A stretch of DNA of 64,000 nucleotides from Chitinophagaceae bacterium (GTDB taxonomy: Bacteria; Bacteroidota; Bacteroidia; Chitinophagales; Chitinophagaceae), in the NCBI GenBank assembly GCA_947447465.1, contig CANFKE010000014.1:8531-72530 (forward strand), read 5' to 3'. The notes under the pieces were generated by a model. It was not told the origin of the DNA, did no database searches, and saw only the letters and a list, made by a program, of their open reading frames with translations. The position numbers and the translations under genes were made by a program. Shown in pieces: positions 1-9,757 of the stretch (within the stretch, counting starts at the first letter, position 1; the number at the start of each line of letters is the position of its first letter).

Positions 1-219
1 ATAATTACCAATATCCAATCGCATATGCGTATTGGCAGAGTCTGCGGTAAGTATCAGGTGCACTGTCGCGCCCTTATCAAATTTCACCAGCGACGTATTC
101 GACACCCAAGCTTTATTATCTACAGAAGCTGTCATCTGCGAAGGCTCTGAAGAACTTTTCTTCTTACATGAACCAAATACAACACTTATGGTCAGAAGGA
201 ATAATAGAATTTGTTTCAT
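1..219 (-). CDS. Lipoprotein, N-terminal part only (runs off the window edge); not in the ORF track
   Basis: Hand translation from ATG at 219: MKQILLFLLTISVVFGSCKKKSSEPSQMTASVDNKAWVSNTSLVKFDKGATVHLILTADSANTHMRLDIGNY..., open to position 1. Signal peptide II with lipobox FGSC; starts 10 nt after the upstream gene's stop. Confidence 0.85.
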   Translation of the reverse strand, partial: MKQILLFLLTISVVFGSCKKKSSSEPSQMTASVDNKAWVSNTSLVKFDKGATVHLILTADSANTHMRLDIGNY

Positions 220-229
220 AAAAGTTTTT

Positions 230-1639
230 TTACATCATCATAGCATCTCTTTCCTTCTGGCGCTTAGCCTTTATACGCAGGCTTGATCCTACGAACAGGT
301 TGAGATTATTTATGCTGTTAGATACCGTCATCTGGAAAAGTGAACCCGAGCCCACATATACAGGACCGGCAAATAGTATTACACCCAGATATCCCTGCTT
401 CTGCATATTAAAAGAGAACGGAACAGATACTGCGAACTTGCCCCACACATAACGGGGAGTTACTGTAAGCGTAGAAATATAATGATTGGACAATTCGTTG
501 GCATTAACTTTACGGAGGTTGATGAGCACATTACCATTCACCCAGAAATGCTCTTCGATCTTAAAGTCTCCGTTGATGTGCAATGCTGTCGGCAAGCCAA
601 ACTTCACTTTCTTACTGCTGCCGGTTGGCGTAGCCGTTGTATCTACCAGATAGTCATTGAATATGCGTGTACCGAATGATACGTTATTATCGTTCTGGAT
701 ATGCTTAAAATCAATGTTCTTATTATTTACTGCATACTTGCCCGATACAGATGATGCGGTGTACGAATTACTACCTATATCTGTTATCGATATCGCCAAT
801 CTCGATATGTACCCTTTCCTTCTGAACAATGTCTCATTAGGGTTCATATAGTACACCAGACCGAAATCGGCACCAAGACTCATATTATTGGCCGGGTTGC
901 GCAGTGCTGAATATGGATTGCTGGAAATGGCCCACTTATTAGCGTATGGCGTCATGGCTATATTGGCAGTACCGGTTACATTATGCGCTACTCCGTCATT
1001 ATTGTAGGTCTTAAAGGTAGCATTATCAATACCCAATCCTGCTGCGCCTATGCCATTCAATACCTTCAGTGTGGCTCCGGCTACCAATGTATGGTCTTCG
1101 CTCTGATACAGAAAACCGGCATAAGTAAGGTTCAGCTCGCTATATATCTGAGAGGTAATAGCAAAATTCTTGACCTTGTATGAATCAACAAGATTGGTAT
1201 CACGTGTTGCATTTACCCCCATCAACCTGTAAACATTATCATCCAGATTATCTGCATTCATCAGGTAGCGCATTCCTGTTGTTACCGCTACAAAGTATCT
1301 CTTCTTCACCAATACCGATGCTCCCGGGCCTATCACTTCCATATTGCCCCACATGGTCTTGCTGTGCTTGTCATAGCTACGGTAATAATCCTTATCCATC
1401 GTAGCCTTACCGGTGAAAAAAGAATTGTAAATGCCTCGTTTAAAGAATATGGCATTACTGCCTATCTCTGCTCCTACTGTCAGAAAATTGATCTGGGCTC
1501 TGTCTTCATGTACGGCAAACGCAGGATTATCCCTTATCTGGGTAACACTGTTCACGTCTCCGTTAAGGCCTAAAAATGTTTGTGCAGTACCGGAAAAGTA
1601 AACACACAAACAAATTAGAGATAATATTAATCGTCTCAT
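230..1639 (-). CDS. Outer-membrane beta-barrel-like protein, DUF5723-like
   Basis: Signal peptide from MRRLILSLICL (ATG 1639, preferred over the ORF-track start at 1747). Alternating beta-strand pattern; LPTALHINGDFKI and VTPRY motifs resemble Bacteroidota DUF5723 proteins (recall). Confidence 0.7.
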   Translation of the reverse strand: MRRLILSLICLCVYFSGTAQTFLGLNGDVNSVTQIRDNPAFAVHEDRAQINFLTVGAEIGSNAIFFKRGIYNSFFTGKATMDKDYYRSYDKHSKTMWGNMEVIGPGASVLVKKRYFVAVTTGMRYLMNADNLDDNVYRLMGVNATRDTNLVDSYKVKNFAITSQIYSELNLTYAGFLYQSEDHTLVAGATLKVLNGIGAAGLGIDNATFKTYNNDGVAHNVTGTANIAMTPYANKWAISSNPYSALRNPANNMSLGADFGLVYYMNPNETLFRRKGYISRLAISITDIGSNSYTASSVSGKYAVNNKNIDFKHIQNDNNVSFGTRIFNDYLVDTTATPTGSSKKVKFGLPTALHINGDFKIEEHFWVNGNVLINLRKVNANELSNHYISTLTVTPRYVWGKFAVSVPFSFNMQKQGYLGVILFAGPVYVGSGSLFQMTVSNSINNLNLFVGSSLRIKAKRQKERDAMMM

Positions 1640-1776
1640 GATACGGTAAATATATGAATAAATAGGTTTTGCAAGATACACAACAGGCATCAATTCCTGA
1701 AAATATATAATGCAACAACACCTCGTTTGCCAATGCACAAACATCATTGAGTTATGCAGGCAACAACTTATTAAGA

Positions 1777-2820
1777 TCAGGCCACCATGTAGTTACATAG
1801 CTTGAAGAGTACCCTTGCGCCTACTATCGCATCTATGCCTTCTCCTGTATTGAATCCGTTAGATACTTCATTCAGGTCAAATCCTATGATCTCACGACCC
1901 GACTGATGCAGCATTTTGAACAAGTAGAATATCTGATCTGTTTCAAATCCTCCCGGCACCGGTGTTCCGGTATTAGGGCATAGCTTCGGATCCAGTCCGT
2001 CAATATCAAAACTGATATAGACCTTCTGAGGCAGTGCATCTACTATATTGGTGCATATCTGCTTCCAGGTAGCACCTTCGTATTGCTGCTCCTTGATGTC
2101 TTTATCAAAAAATGTTTGGATGCGGCCATTGCTCTGCTCTATCATCTCCAGCTCTTCATTGCAATAGTCTCGGATACCTACCTGCACCAGCTTTTTCACC
2201 TGAGGTACTTCTTGCAATGTATTGTACATGATCGAAGCATGTGAATAAGTAAACCCTTCATAGGCTACACGAAGATCTGCATGTGCATCTATCTGCAATA
2301 TCCCGAATTCGCTGTGCTTATCACCAAGCGCCTTTATAAAACCAAGTGGTGTGCTATGATCTCCGCCGATCAGACCAACCTTTTTACCTTTTTTCAACAA
2401 GTTGCCGGTCATCTCATATACCCAGTCGCGAAGCGTTTCGCCATGGGTATTGATCTCTGCAAGCTTGGCAGATAATTGCTCATTATCAGATACGTCACCA
2501 CCCTCTACCATATGTGAGAGTATCAGCTCTGCACACTGACGCAGATAATCACTCTTCTTACGGATGTTCTTATCTACAGGCATCATGTAAAATCCTTTCT
2601 TCCAGCCGTCTGCTACGTCCGGATCAAACAGATCTACCTGCATTGCGGCTTCAAATATATGGTCAGGTCCCTGCGCTGTTCCTACACGGTACGATACGGT
2701 CACCTCCCAGGGCACAGGCAACAACACTAGCTGCGCCTGGTCTTCTGTAAATGGTAATCCAAAAATATTATTAGACTTCAGTCCTACTGAGTTCGGGTCA
2801 AAATTTGTCAGATCCTGCAT
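1777..2820 (-). CDS. speB: Agmatinase (ureohydrolase family)
   Basis: Ureohydrolase motifs GGDHS, DAHAD, SFDIDGLDP and GTPVPGG; 347 aa. Confidence 0.92.
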   Translation of the reverse strand: MQDLTNFDPNSVGLKSNNIFGLPFTEDQAQLVLLPVPWEVTVSYRVGTAQGPDHIFEAAMQVDLFDPDVADGWKKGFYMMPVDKNIRKKSDYLRQCAELILSHMVEGGDVSDNEQLSAKLAEINTHGETLRDWVYEMTGNLLKKGKKVGLIGGDHSTPLGFIKALGDKHSEFGILQIDAHADLRVAYEGFTYSHASIMYNTLQEVPQVKKLVQVGIRDYCNEELEMIEQSNGRIQTFFDKDIKEQQYEGATWKQICTNIVDALPQKVYISFDIDGLDPKLCPNTGTPVPGGFETDQIFYLFKMLHQSGREIIGFDLNEVSNGFNTGEGIDAIVGARVLFKLCNYMVA

Positions 2821-2825
2821 GGGTG

Positions 2826-2833
2826 CAAAGATA
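2826..2833 (-). promoter_or_regulatory. Bacteroidota -7 promoter box (TATCTTTG) 5 nt upstream of the speB ATG
   Basis: The reverse strand reads TATCTTTG-CACCC-ATG, matching the TAnnTTTG consensus. Confidence 0.7.
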
Positions 2834-2952
2834 TTATGCTATTGTTTGGGGAATTATGAATAAGAAAAAAATAACGGATCTTTAAAGTATAGCAATATGC
2901 ACCGGAAATAGTAGCTCCGCCATATCTTATACTTCCATCTATCGCAATACTG

Positions 2953-3168
2953 TTAGTATATCGTACAGTTCCACTTTTCTCCTGTCACAGTAGTATCGTA
3001 ACTCTCACACAGGGTAGTGGCATCGTCTTTCGTCTGTGAGCCGAGATCTCTGGTGAGCTTGAGCTGGTTATTATACGTACACTGGCAGTGGTAATTCTTC
3101 TTACAAGACGAAAAACCTATGATTCCTATAGCTGCTATGATGATCGTGTAGCGAATATTCCTTTTCAT
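2953..3168 (-). CDS. Small Cys-rich lipoprotein (71 aa)
   Basis: Signal peptide II with lipobox FSSC-KK, plus four more Cys (CQC, C, C). Confidence 0.8.
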   Translation of the reverse strand: MKRNIRYTIIIAAIGIIGFSSCKKNYHCQCTYNNQLKLTRDLGSQTKDDATTLCESYDTTVTGEKWNCTIY

Positions 3169-3220
3169 TTACGGCATTTAATGACGGTTGAAACTAATTA
3201 TTTTCATATAACTTTGAACA

Positions 3221-3709
3221 ATGAAGCGGTTACTCCTCATTATTTTATTGGTTATAGTTGCACCAAAAATAAGTTTTTCGCAGGAAGTAAAAAAGCCCGG
3301 CTATAATAAATATCTCTTCAATCCATATACCGACGCAGAAAGATCACTTAATAATGCGCTGACCAAAGTTCAAAGTTCACACAGACACGTACTTGTGGTC
3401 GTAGGTGGCGACTGGAGTTATTGGTCCAGAGTTTTCTGGGGCCACATCACCAGAAACTATTATAATAACAAAAACTATGAATTGGTCTTGGTCAATTTCA
3501 GCCCCGTCAATAAAAATGAGGCCATCAGAGAAAAACTTCATGTCCCCAAAGATCGCGGATACCCGATACTGGTTGTTCTCGATGAACAGGGCAATAACCT
3601 CATCACTACCGATACCGATGATATGAAATTGAATATCAGAGCCTATGATGAAAGTCTGTTAGACATGTTCACAGAAAAATGGCTCACCTACAAGACCGAT
3701 CTCAAATAA
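3221..3709 (+). CDS. Exported thioredoxin-fold protein with the CxxC motif replaced by SxxS
   Basis: Signal peptide; HVLVVVGGDWSYWSR at the WCxxC position; GYPILVVLD cis-Pro loop; no Cys in the protein. Confidence 0.78.
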   Translation: MKRLLLIILLVIVAPKISFSQEVKKPGYNKYLFNPYTDAERSLNNALTKVQSSHRHVLVVVGGDWSYWSRVFWGHITRNYYNNKNYELVLVNFSPVNKNEAIREKLHVPKDRGYPILVVLDEQGNNLITTDTDDMKLNIRAYDESLLDMFTEKWLTYKTDLK

Positions 3710-3715
3710 TACATT

Positions 3716-4210
3716 ATGCTGCTGATAAAAAATGCCTCCCCTGCTGATATAGCACTTATTCGCTCCTTGACCATGCAGGTATGGCCCCAAACTTATACCC
3801 CTATCCTCGGCGATACTCAGGTACAGTACATGCTCAACAGGTTCTACGCATCCGAGGTCTTGGAGCAACAAATGAATAGCGGACAGCAATTCATCATCTG
3901 CTATGCTGATGATTGGCCTTCAGCTTTTGCCGCTTTCGAAAAAATGGACACCGACACTTTTAAGCTGCATAAAATATATATTTTACCGGAGCATCAGGGT
4001 AAAGGAATAGGCAAATTCATCATCAGTCATATTGCTGTTCACATGTCATCAATAGGCGCCAACAAACTGCGGCTGAATGTCAATCGTTATAACTACCCTG
4101 CAATAGCTTTTTATAATAAAGCAGGCTTTATAAATATTGGCGATGAGGATATTGACATAGGAGATGGCTATTTCATGAACGACCATATGCTGGAGCTGAA
4201 GATATCCTAA
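3716..4210 (+). CDS. GNAT family N-acetyltransferase
   Basis: LHKIYILPEHQGKGIGK acetyl-CoA motif A; LNVNRYN..AIAFYNKAGF motif B. Confidence 0.9.
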   Translation: MLLIKNASPADIALIRSLTMQVWPQTYTPILGDTQVQYMLNRFYASEVLEQQMNSGQQFIICYADDWPSAFAAFEKMDTDTFKLHKIYILPEHQGKGIGKFIISHIAVHMSSIGANKLRLNVNRYNYPAIAFYNKAGFINIGDEDIDIGDGYFMNDHMLELKIS

Positions 4211-4908
4211 CTCATCAAATTACATTTCAGAAATTCTTTCATCGCAGCCCAGGTCTGCTTTGCTGCACAGGCATCATATGATGGATGTCCATCAAAAAAA
4301 TATCCGTGTTTTGCAGCCGAAAACTCCATATTCACAAAATCTTTACCCGCACTACGCATGGCATCGATCACTGTTGCCACATGTGTCGCAGCTATATATT
4401 CATCCTTACCTCCCCAGGCAAATAGGTGCGACCCGCGCATTCCCGATATCTTACCCGTCTCCTTATGTAATTGGCTACCATATACCGATACCGATGCTGA
4501 TAAACCATATGTACTATTTGCTAAAAATGATAATCTTCCTCCCATGGAAAACCCTACAGATCCTATCTTATTATACTGAACATTATCCTGCGTTTTCAAC
4601 CATTTCAGCACAGCTTGTATATCATCAGCGGTATGCTCTGCACGCATAGCATTCACATGTGGCATTACTATGGGAGCCTGATAATATCGGGCCTCAAATC
4701 CCGATGGTGCCGTGCGATGAAATAATTCAGGTACGATTACCACAAAACCCTCTCTCGAAAATTTGTCAGCGATCATGCGCATATCTGCATTGACACCAAA
4801 AGCATCATGAAATAAGATGATCGCAGGGAATGGCCCGTCTCCTTTAGGCATCGCCACGTGCGCATTCATGATCGAGTCTTTGACCGTAAGTGAGATTGTC
4901 CGGGACAC
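4207..4908 (-). CDS. Dienelactone hydrolase family protein (Ser at the nucleophile position)
   Basis: FHDAFGVN, VPELFHR, GFSMGG elbow, GGKDEYI (Asp), KHGYF (His); GTG start. Confidence 0.85.
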   Translation of the reverse strand: MSRTISLTVKDSIMNAHVAMPKGDGPFPAIILFHDAFGVNADMRMIADKFSREGFVVIVPELFHRTAPSGFEARYYQAPIVMPHVNAMRAEHTADDIQAVLKWLKTQDNVQYNKIGSVGFSMGGRLSFLANSTYGLSASVSVYGSQLHKETGKISGMRGSHLFAWGGKDEYIAATHVATVIDAMRSAGKDFVNMEFSAAKHGYFFDGHPSYDACAAKQTWAAMKEFLKCNLMS

Positions 4909-5092
4909 AGCTTTTTTTCGTGAAAATAGCTAAATGCGAACACTATATCAATACTATACCCATGAATTTAATTGCAATAACAGCTTGTTAGCAATCTGCT
5001 GATTTTCATGAACTATCATTCCTGCCATCAACTCAGATGTCAGTCAATACTACAGGTCATCTCCCCTATCAGGAAGGACTATTGATAAAGTA

Positions 5093-5389
5093 TTAATTGA
5101 GGAATATACCGGGCGAACTGCTGGGCAAGGTATTATGAAACAGCAATGCAGTGCAGGTAAGGTCGGTAAAATACGGATATAATGGAAATGCCAGCACTTG
5201 CTCCATTGCCACCTGTTCATCCTCTGCATTAATAACACACCATATCATATCACGATTCAAAGAAACGCTGTACGACAGTATCTTACCTTCAGAAAATAAC
5301 TTATTGATGTAGTGCCTGTGCTCAGGTATTACAGACAGCATCTCAGTGCTGAACTCAGGCAATTCGATCTGGAAAAAATATGCAGACAT
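5093..5389 (-). CDS. Muconolactone isomerase/YciI-like small protein
   Basis: 98 aa; IPEHRHYINKLFSEGKILSYSVS...IWCVINAE pattern typical of this Bacteroidota dimeric alpha/beta-barrel family (recall). Confidence 0.65.
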   Translation of the reverse strand: MSAYFFQIELPEFSTEMLSVIPEHRHYINKLFSEGKILSYSVSLNRDMIWCVINAEDEQVAMEQVLAFPLYPYFTDLTCTALLFHNTLPSSSPGIFLN

Positions 5390-5399
5390 CCGTATTCGC

Positions 5400-7451
5400 T
5401 TAACGCAACAAACTCACGTTCCCTTTCTTCTTGATTGGCTTACCGCTTACACAGAAACCATCAGCCTCCCACACATATACACCGGCAGGGCATGGAGTAC
5501 CATTATAGGTACCATCCCACATTTGTGATGCTGTGCTCGACTGGAACACCATTACTCCCCAACGATCGAATACGCGGAAGTAATTAAGCTGTGAGATACT
5601 CTGATTGATGATACCAAATCTGTTGACCTGTGAACTTGTACTGGATGGCGCAAATGCATTCGGAACATTGAAATCACCACAATTCACATGCAATGTAACT
5701 GTATCTCTCGCCTGACAGGTAAGACCTGATGAATGTTCTGTTACTTCTATCACATAAGTAAAATCAGATGGCGGATTCACACTAGGGAATGGGATCGTAG
5801 TATCATTGATATACTGGAATGGTGTCCAATGGTAGGTCACTGCACCTTCCAATGTCATATCCGGACCACCCAATACGCTGGTAGCACCATCTAGTATTGT
5901 ACGATCAGGACCAGCATCTGCTGTCACCTTTACTACATTTACATGCACGAATGTATCTACGATACAACCATCAGGATAACCTATCTTAACATGGTAGTCC
6001 ATAGTATAGTCAGGCCATGCCTTTATGGTATCAGTTCCATGATACGCAGTATCTATATTATAGATAGGGCTCCAGGTAAAAGTATTCGCGTAATTAGAGA
6101 TCGCATACATCTTCAATGTATCGCCCTTACAGATTGTAGGGTTAAGATTGATGAATATGTTAGGAATTGGCAATACTACTATTGACTTACACTCTACTGC
6201 CATATTAGGCTTACCCTGATTGATCACATAATAGATATTGTAGGTGCCGGGAGCATCATAATAATACGTAGGAGGAGTAACCTCTGTAAATGATGGTATT
6301 GACGCATTGGTGCACTGTGTGATAGTCACCTTGGTCAACGAGCTGTCCTCAACATTAGTAATGAAAGCATACAGATCGTCTTTATCACGCAGTATCGTAG
6401 AGATAGATGACGGGAAGTTCATTCCTCCTACAACACTGTAATCTACTGCTGTGTACGGACCAACAGCAGTAGCCATCTGAATAGATACTAACTGGCTGGT
6501 AGTGCTATCTGTAATATATGCATAGATACCACCGCAGTCTCTTGTAAGGCTGATAGATGATGGTATAGTAACACGAAACAGGAAGTCACCGAGATTGGTA
6601 CCTGTTGGCGGACCTGCAAGATTCAATGTAGGTCCCACATTCAGTCTAGCTATAGTGCTGTTACCTCTGTTAGCTACAAAGAAATAATACTGCCCGTTAT
6701 CTAGTATCGCAGCCATATCAGTAGGAGAATTCAACACACCTCCCGGATTTCCCAGACTGACTGTGGCGGGATAATTGGATATGTTGGTACCGAAATCCAT
6801 CCGTACCAAAAAGTTATCACCTCTGTTCACTACATAACCATACCATCTCAGGTTAGCATCCTGTGCAACAAATATTCCTTTTGGATAATTCAATATTGCA
6901 GGAGTACCAAAATTGCCGAAATTGGCAATGTTAGGCGTAGGATTGCCCAATGTAGGACCGAAATCTATACGGCCTATAGTAGATTCTGATGTTGTATAAC
7001 CTCCTGTAACAAATATGAACCAGTTTTCTGCCAATGTATCATAGACTACGAACAATGATGTAGGATGATGAGGCAATCCATTAGTAAGGTTACCGAAATT
7101 GGTAACAGTAGGCACATTATTCAAGCTGGTACCATAGTTAAGACGCAAAAACTCATCCGTACTGGCGTTAAGTACAAAACCATAGTACTGACCGTTCTTA
7201 TCCTGCTGTATCTCAATATTAGATGGCTGATGAAAGCCGAAACCACTACCCATATTTACTCCCGAAGGCGCACTGGTTATGGCTCCTGAGCAAAAACCCC
7301 AATAATATGAAGCAGCATCAAAAATGGTGCTGTTCAGATGCACGGGCTGCCTTACACACACAGTGTCGGGCGCAGTGAACAAGGTCTGAGCTTTTAAAGC
7401 TTGCAGTTGCGATAATATTGATAAAACTACTAGTAGCAGATATTTTTTCAT
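5400..7451 (-). CDS. T9SS type B (gliding-motility-associated) CTD protein with an about six-bladed beta-propeller and Ig/PKD-like domains
   Basis: Signal peptide MKKYLLL (ATG 7451). Six LGN/FGN...P.....i repeats; ADAGPD Ig motif; C-terminal VPNAFAP...FRVFDRWG..VF...WDGTYNG..CPAGVYVW...KGNVSLLR. Confidence 0.88.
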   Translation of the reverse strand: MKKYLLLVVLSILSQLQALKAQTLFTAPDTVCVRQPVHLNSTIFDAASYYWGFCSGAITSAPSGVNMGSGFGFHQPSNIEIQQDKNGQYYGFVLNASTDEFLRLNYGTSLNNVPTVTNFGNLTNGLPHHPTSLFVVYDTLAENWFIFVTGGYTTSESTIGRIDFGPTLGNPTPNIANFGNFGTPAILNYPKGIFVAQDANLRWYGYVVNRGDNFLVRMDFGTNISNYPATVSLGNPGGVLNSPTDMAAILDNGQYYFFVANRGNSTIARLNVGPTLNLAGPPTGTNLGDFLFRVTIPSSISLTRDCGGIYAYITDSTTSQLVSIQMATAVGPYTAVDYSVVGGMNFPSSISTILRDKDDLYAFITNVEDSSLTKVTITQCTNASIPSFTEVTPPTYYYDAPGTYNIYYVINQGKPNMAVECKSIVVLPIPNIFINLNPTICKGDTLKMYAISNYANTFTWSPIYNIDTAYHGTDTIKAWPDYTMDYHVKIGYPDGCIVDTFVHVNVVKVTADAGPDRTILDGATSVLGGPDMTLEGAVTYHWTPFQYINDTTIPFPSVNPPSDFTYVIEVTEHSSGLTCQARDTVTLHVNCGDFNVPNAFAPSSTSSQVNRFGIINQSISQLNYFRVFDRWGVMVFQSSTASQMWDGTYNGTPCPAGVYVWEADGFCVSGKPIKKKGNVSLLR

Positions 7452-7552
7452 AATCCAGAAAAAGAAATTCCGTAATAAACGGCTAATATAACAATAACTA
7501 CAGACTTTTGCCGCAAAATTGTACATTTATTTCGGTAAATCAAAGCAAGTTT

Positions 7553-9727
7553 ATGTTTGAAAGCAAAAGTTTAAAGAAGTTATTGATATTTATTTGTATT
7601 TTAAATTTCTCTCTGAGTACATTTTATCATGCATATGCAGGGGAAGGTATGTGGGTCCCCGCAACCATCAAGAAACATGAGAACCAGATGAAAGCCCTCG
7701 GGTTGGAAATACCCGTAGAGATGATCTATAACGATGGCGGAACTGGTCTTAACAACGCGGTAGTACTGTTTGGTAAGGGTTGCACTGGTGAAATAATATC
7801 ATCTAAAGGACTGATCCTCACCAATCACCACTGTGGTTATGGCACCGTTCAGGGGCTCACAAGCTTGGAAAAAGACTATTTCGCTACCGGCTTTTTTGCC
7901 AAAAGCATCAAAGAAGAGATACCATGCCCGGGGCTTACGGTCACTTTCATTCGCCGCATAGAAAATGTAACACATAAAATAGTTACCGGAATTTCTGATA
8001 CACTTCGCGATGCTGTCCGCGACACACTCATTGCCAACCGAATTAAAATTGTAGAAAAAGAATATGCAACCGCTACCGGCATGGATGCTACCATAAAATC
8101 TTATTTCGAAGGTAATCAGTACTGGATAGCGATTACAGAAACTTATACAGACATACGCCTTACAGCCTTTCCGCCCAATGGCATAGGCACCTTTGGTGGC
8201 GATGACGAGAACTGGGTATGGCCAAGGCACACAGGCGACTTCAGTGTCTTCAGAGTATATGCGGGAGCCGACAACAAACCCGCCCCTTATGCTGCAGGCA
8301 ACAGACCTTATGATGCTTCACAATTCTTCAATATCAGCCTCAAAGGCTATAAAGAAGGAGACTTCAGCATGGTATATGGTTTCCCCGGTACAACTATGGA
8401 ATATATCTCATCAGGAGAACTCAACCAGGTATATGCTATTATTGACCCTATCAGCATCCAGGCCAGAACACGCAAACTGGACGTATGGAGCGACCACATG
8501 AACGAACATAGAGATGTATTTCTTAAATACACTTCTAAGCGCGCAGGGGTTGCCAATGGATGGAAAAAATGGCAGGGTGAATTAGAAGGACTTAGACTCA
8601 ACAATGCCATAGAAAAGAAACAGCTCTATGAAAAGGGTTTCCAGCAATGGGCATTGACTGCAACATCCGACCCTTATGTAAAGACACTGCTACCGCAGTT
8701 GAAAGCTGAAGTAGATAATATTGACGGGCTACTTTTTCATGAACAGCACATTAAAGAAGAACTATTGGGCACAGAACTCATAGCTACCGGAGCGGCCCTG
8801 GAAAAAATGGCGGCATGCTTCAGAGCGCAGTTCACTCAGGCTCAGCTCACAGACACTTTGCAAAAGCTGACAAAAGCATTGGATGGTTTCTATAAAAATT
8901 ACGATATGGAGACCGATAAAGATCTCTTTGCTGCCCTTATGCCATTATATGTGAAAAATTGCAAAAAGGATATGCCGGCTTACTACCGCAAGCAATACCA
9001 CCGCAACCTGCTCAATTGTAATCGTTGGGCTCGTAAAGTATTCAGATCATCTATGCTCACATCTCAGGAAAAGATGATGGCCTTCGCCAATACTGCCAAA
9101 GCGAATGACAGTAATATATTGAAAAACGACCCCGCATATCAGCTATACACCAGTATTGCAGCGGTAAGAAAAGAAAAGATCACCCCTAAGATAGATGCCT
9201 ACAGGTCTAAGAAACATTTCCTCAACAGGCTGTATATCAATGCACAGATGAACTATGAAAAGGATAAAGATTTTTACCCTGATGCTAATCTCACTCTGAG
9301 AGTGGCTTTCGGTCAGGTCAAAGGTCTGGACCCGGATGGAGACGCACCTTACTCTTTTCAGACCAAGCTGGCAGATGTTGTAGCATTAGATGACACCAAC
9401 TCTTTGTCCTTTAAAGTACCTGCTAAACTGAAAGACCTCTATAACAAGAAAGACTTTGGCCGCTGGGCAGTTAATGGCGATGTGCCCGTAGCATTTGTCG
9501 CTTCCAACCATACATCAGGCGGCAACTCAGGCAGTCCTGTATTGAACAGCAAAGGAGAACTGGTAGGTACTAATTTCGACCGCGCCTACGAAGGTACGAT
9601 GAGCGATTACCTCTTCGATCCTAACCGTTGCAGGAATATATCTGTTGATATCCGCTACACCCTTTTTATACTTGAAAAATTTGGCGGAGCAGGTTGGTTG
9701 ATCGATGAAATGAAAATAGTTAAGTAA
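7553..9727 (+). CDS. S46 family dipeptidyl peptidase, DPP11-like (Asp/Glu-specific predicted)
   Basis: EGMW, GCTG, TNHHCG, WPRHTGDFS and GGNSGSPV motifs; Arg 18 residues after the catalytic Ser (NFDR). Confidence 0.92.
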   Translation: MFESKSLKKLLIFICILNFSLSTFYHAYAGEGMWVPATIKKHENQMKALGLEIPVEMIYNDGGTGLNNAVVLFGKGCTGEIISSKGLILTNHHCGYGTVQGLTSLEKDYFATGFFAKSIKEEIPCPGLTVTFIRRIENVTHKIVTGISDTLRDAVRDTLIANRIKIVEKEYATATGMDATIKSYFEGNQYWIAITETYTDIRLTAFPPNGIGTFGGDDENWVWPRHTGDFSVFRVYAGADNKPAPYAAGNRPYDASQFFNISLKGYKEGDFSMVYGFPGTTMEYISSGELNQVYAIIDPISIQARTRKLDVWSDHMNEHRDVFLKYTSKRAGVANGWKKWQGELEGLRLNNAIEKKQLYEKGFQQWALTATSDPYVKTLLPQLKAEVDNIDGLLFHEQHIKEELLGTELIATGAALEKMAACFRAQFTQAQLTDTLQKLTKALDGFYKNYDMETDKDLFAALMPLYVKNCKKDMPAYYRKQYHRNLLNCNRWARKVFRSSMLTSQEKMMAFANTAKANDSNILKNDPAYQLYTSIAAVRKEKITPKIDAYRSKKHFLNRLYINAQMNYEKDKDFYPDANLTLRVAFGQVKGLDPDGDAPYSFQTKLADVVALDDTNSLSFKVPAKLKDLYNKKDFGRWAVNGDVPVAFVASNHTSGGNSGSPVLNSKGELVGTNFDRAYEGTMSDYLFDPNRCRNISVDIRYTLFILEKFGGAGWLIDEMKIVK

Positions 9728-9757
9728 AAAGATAGTAAGTAAAGAGAAAGCTGAAAT

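Noticed and set aside
9721-9750. 15-bp direct repeat (TAAGTAAAAAGATAG / TAAGTAAAGAGAAAG) at the S46 stop
   Set aside because: Low-complexity purine-rich sequence next to a terminator; no evident function.
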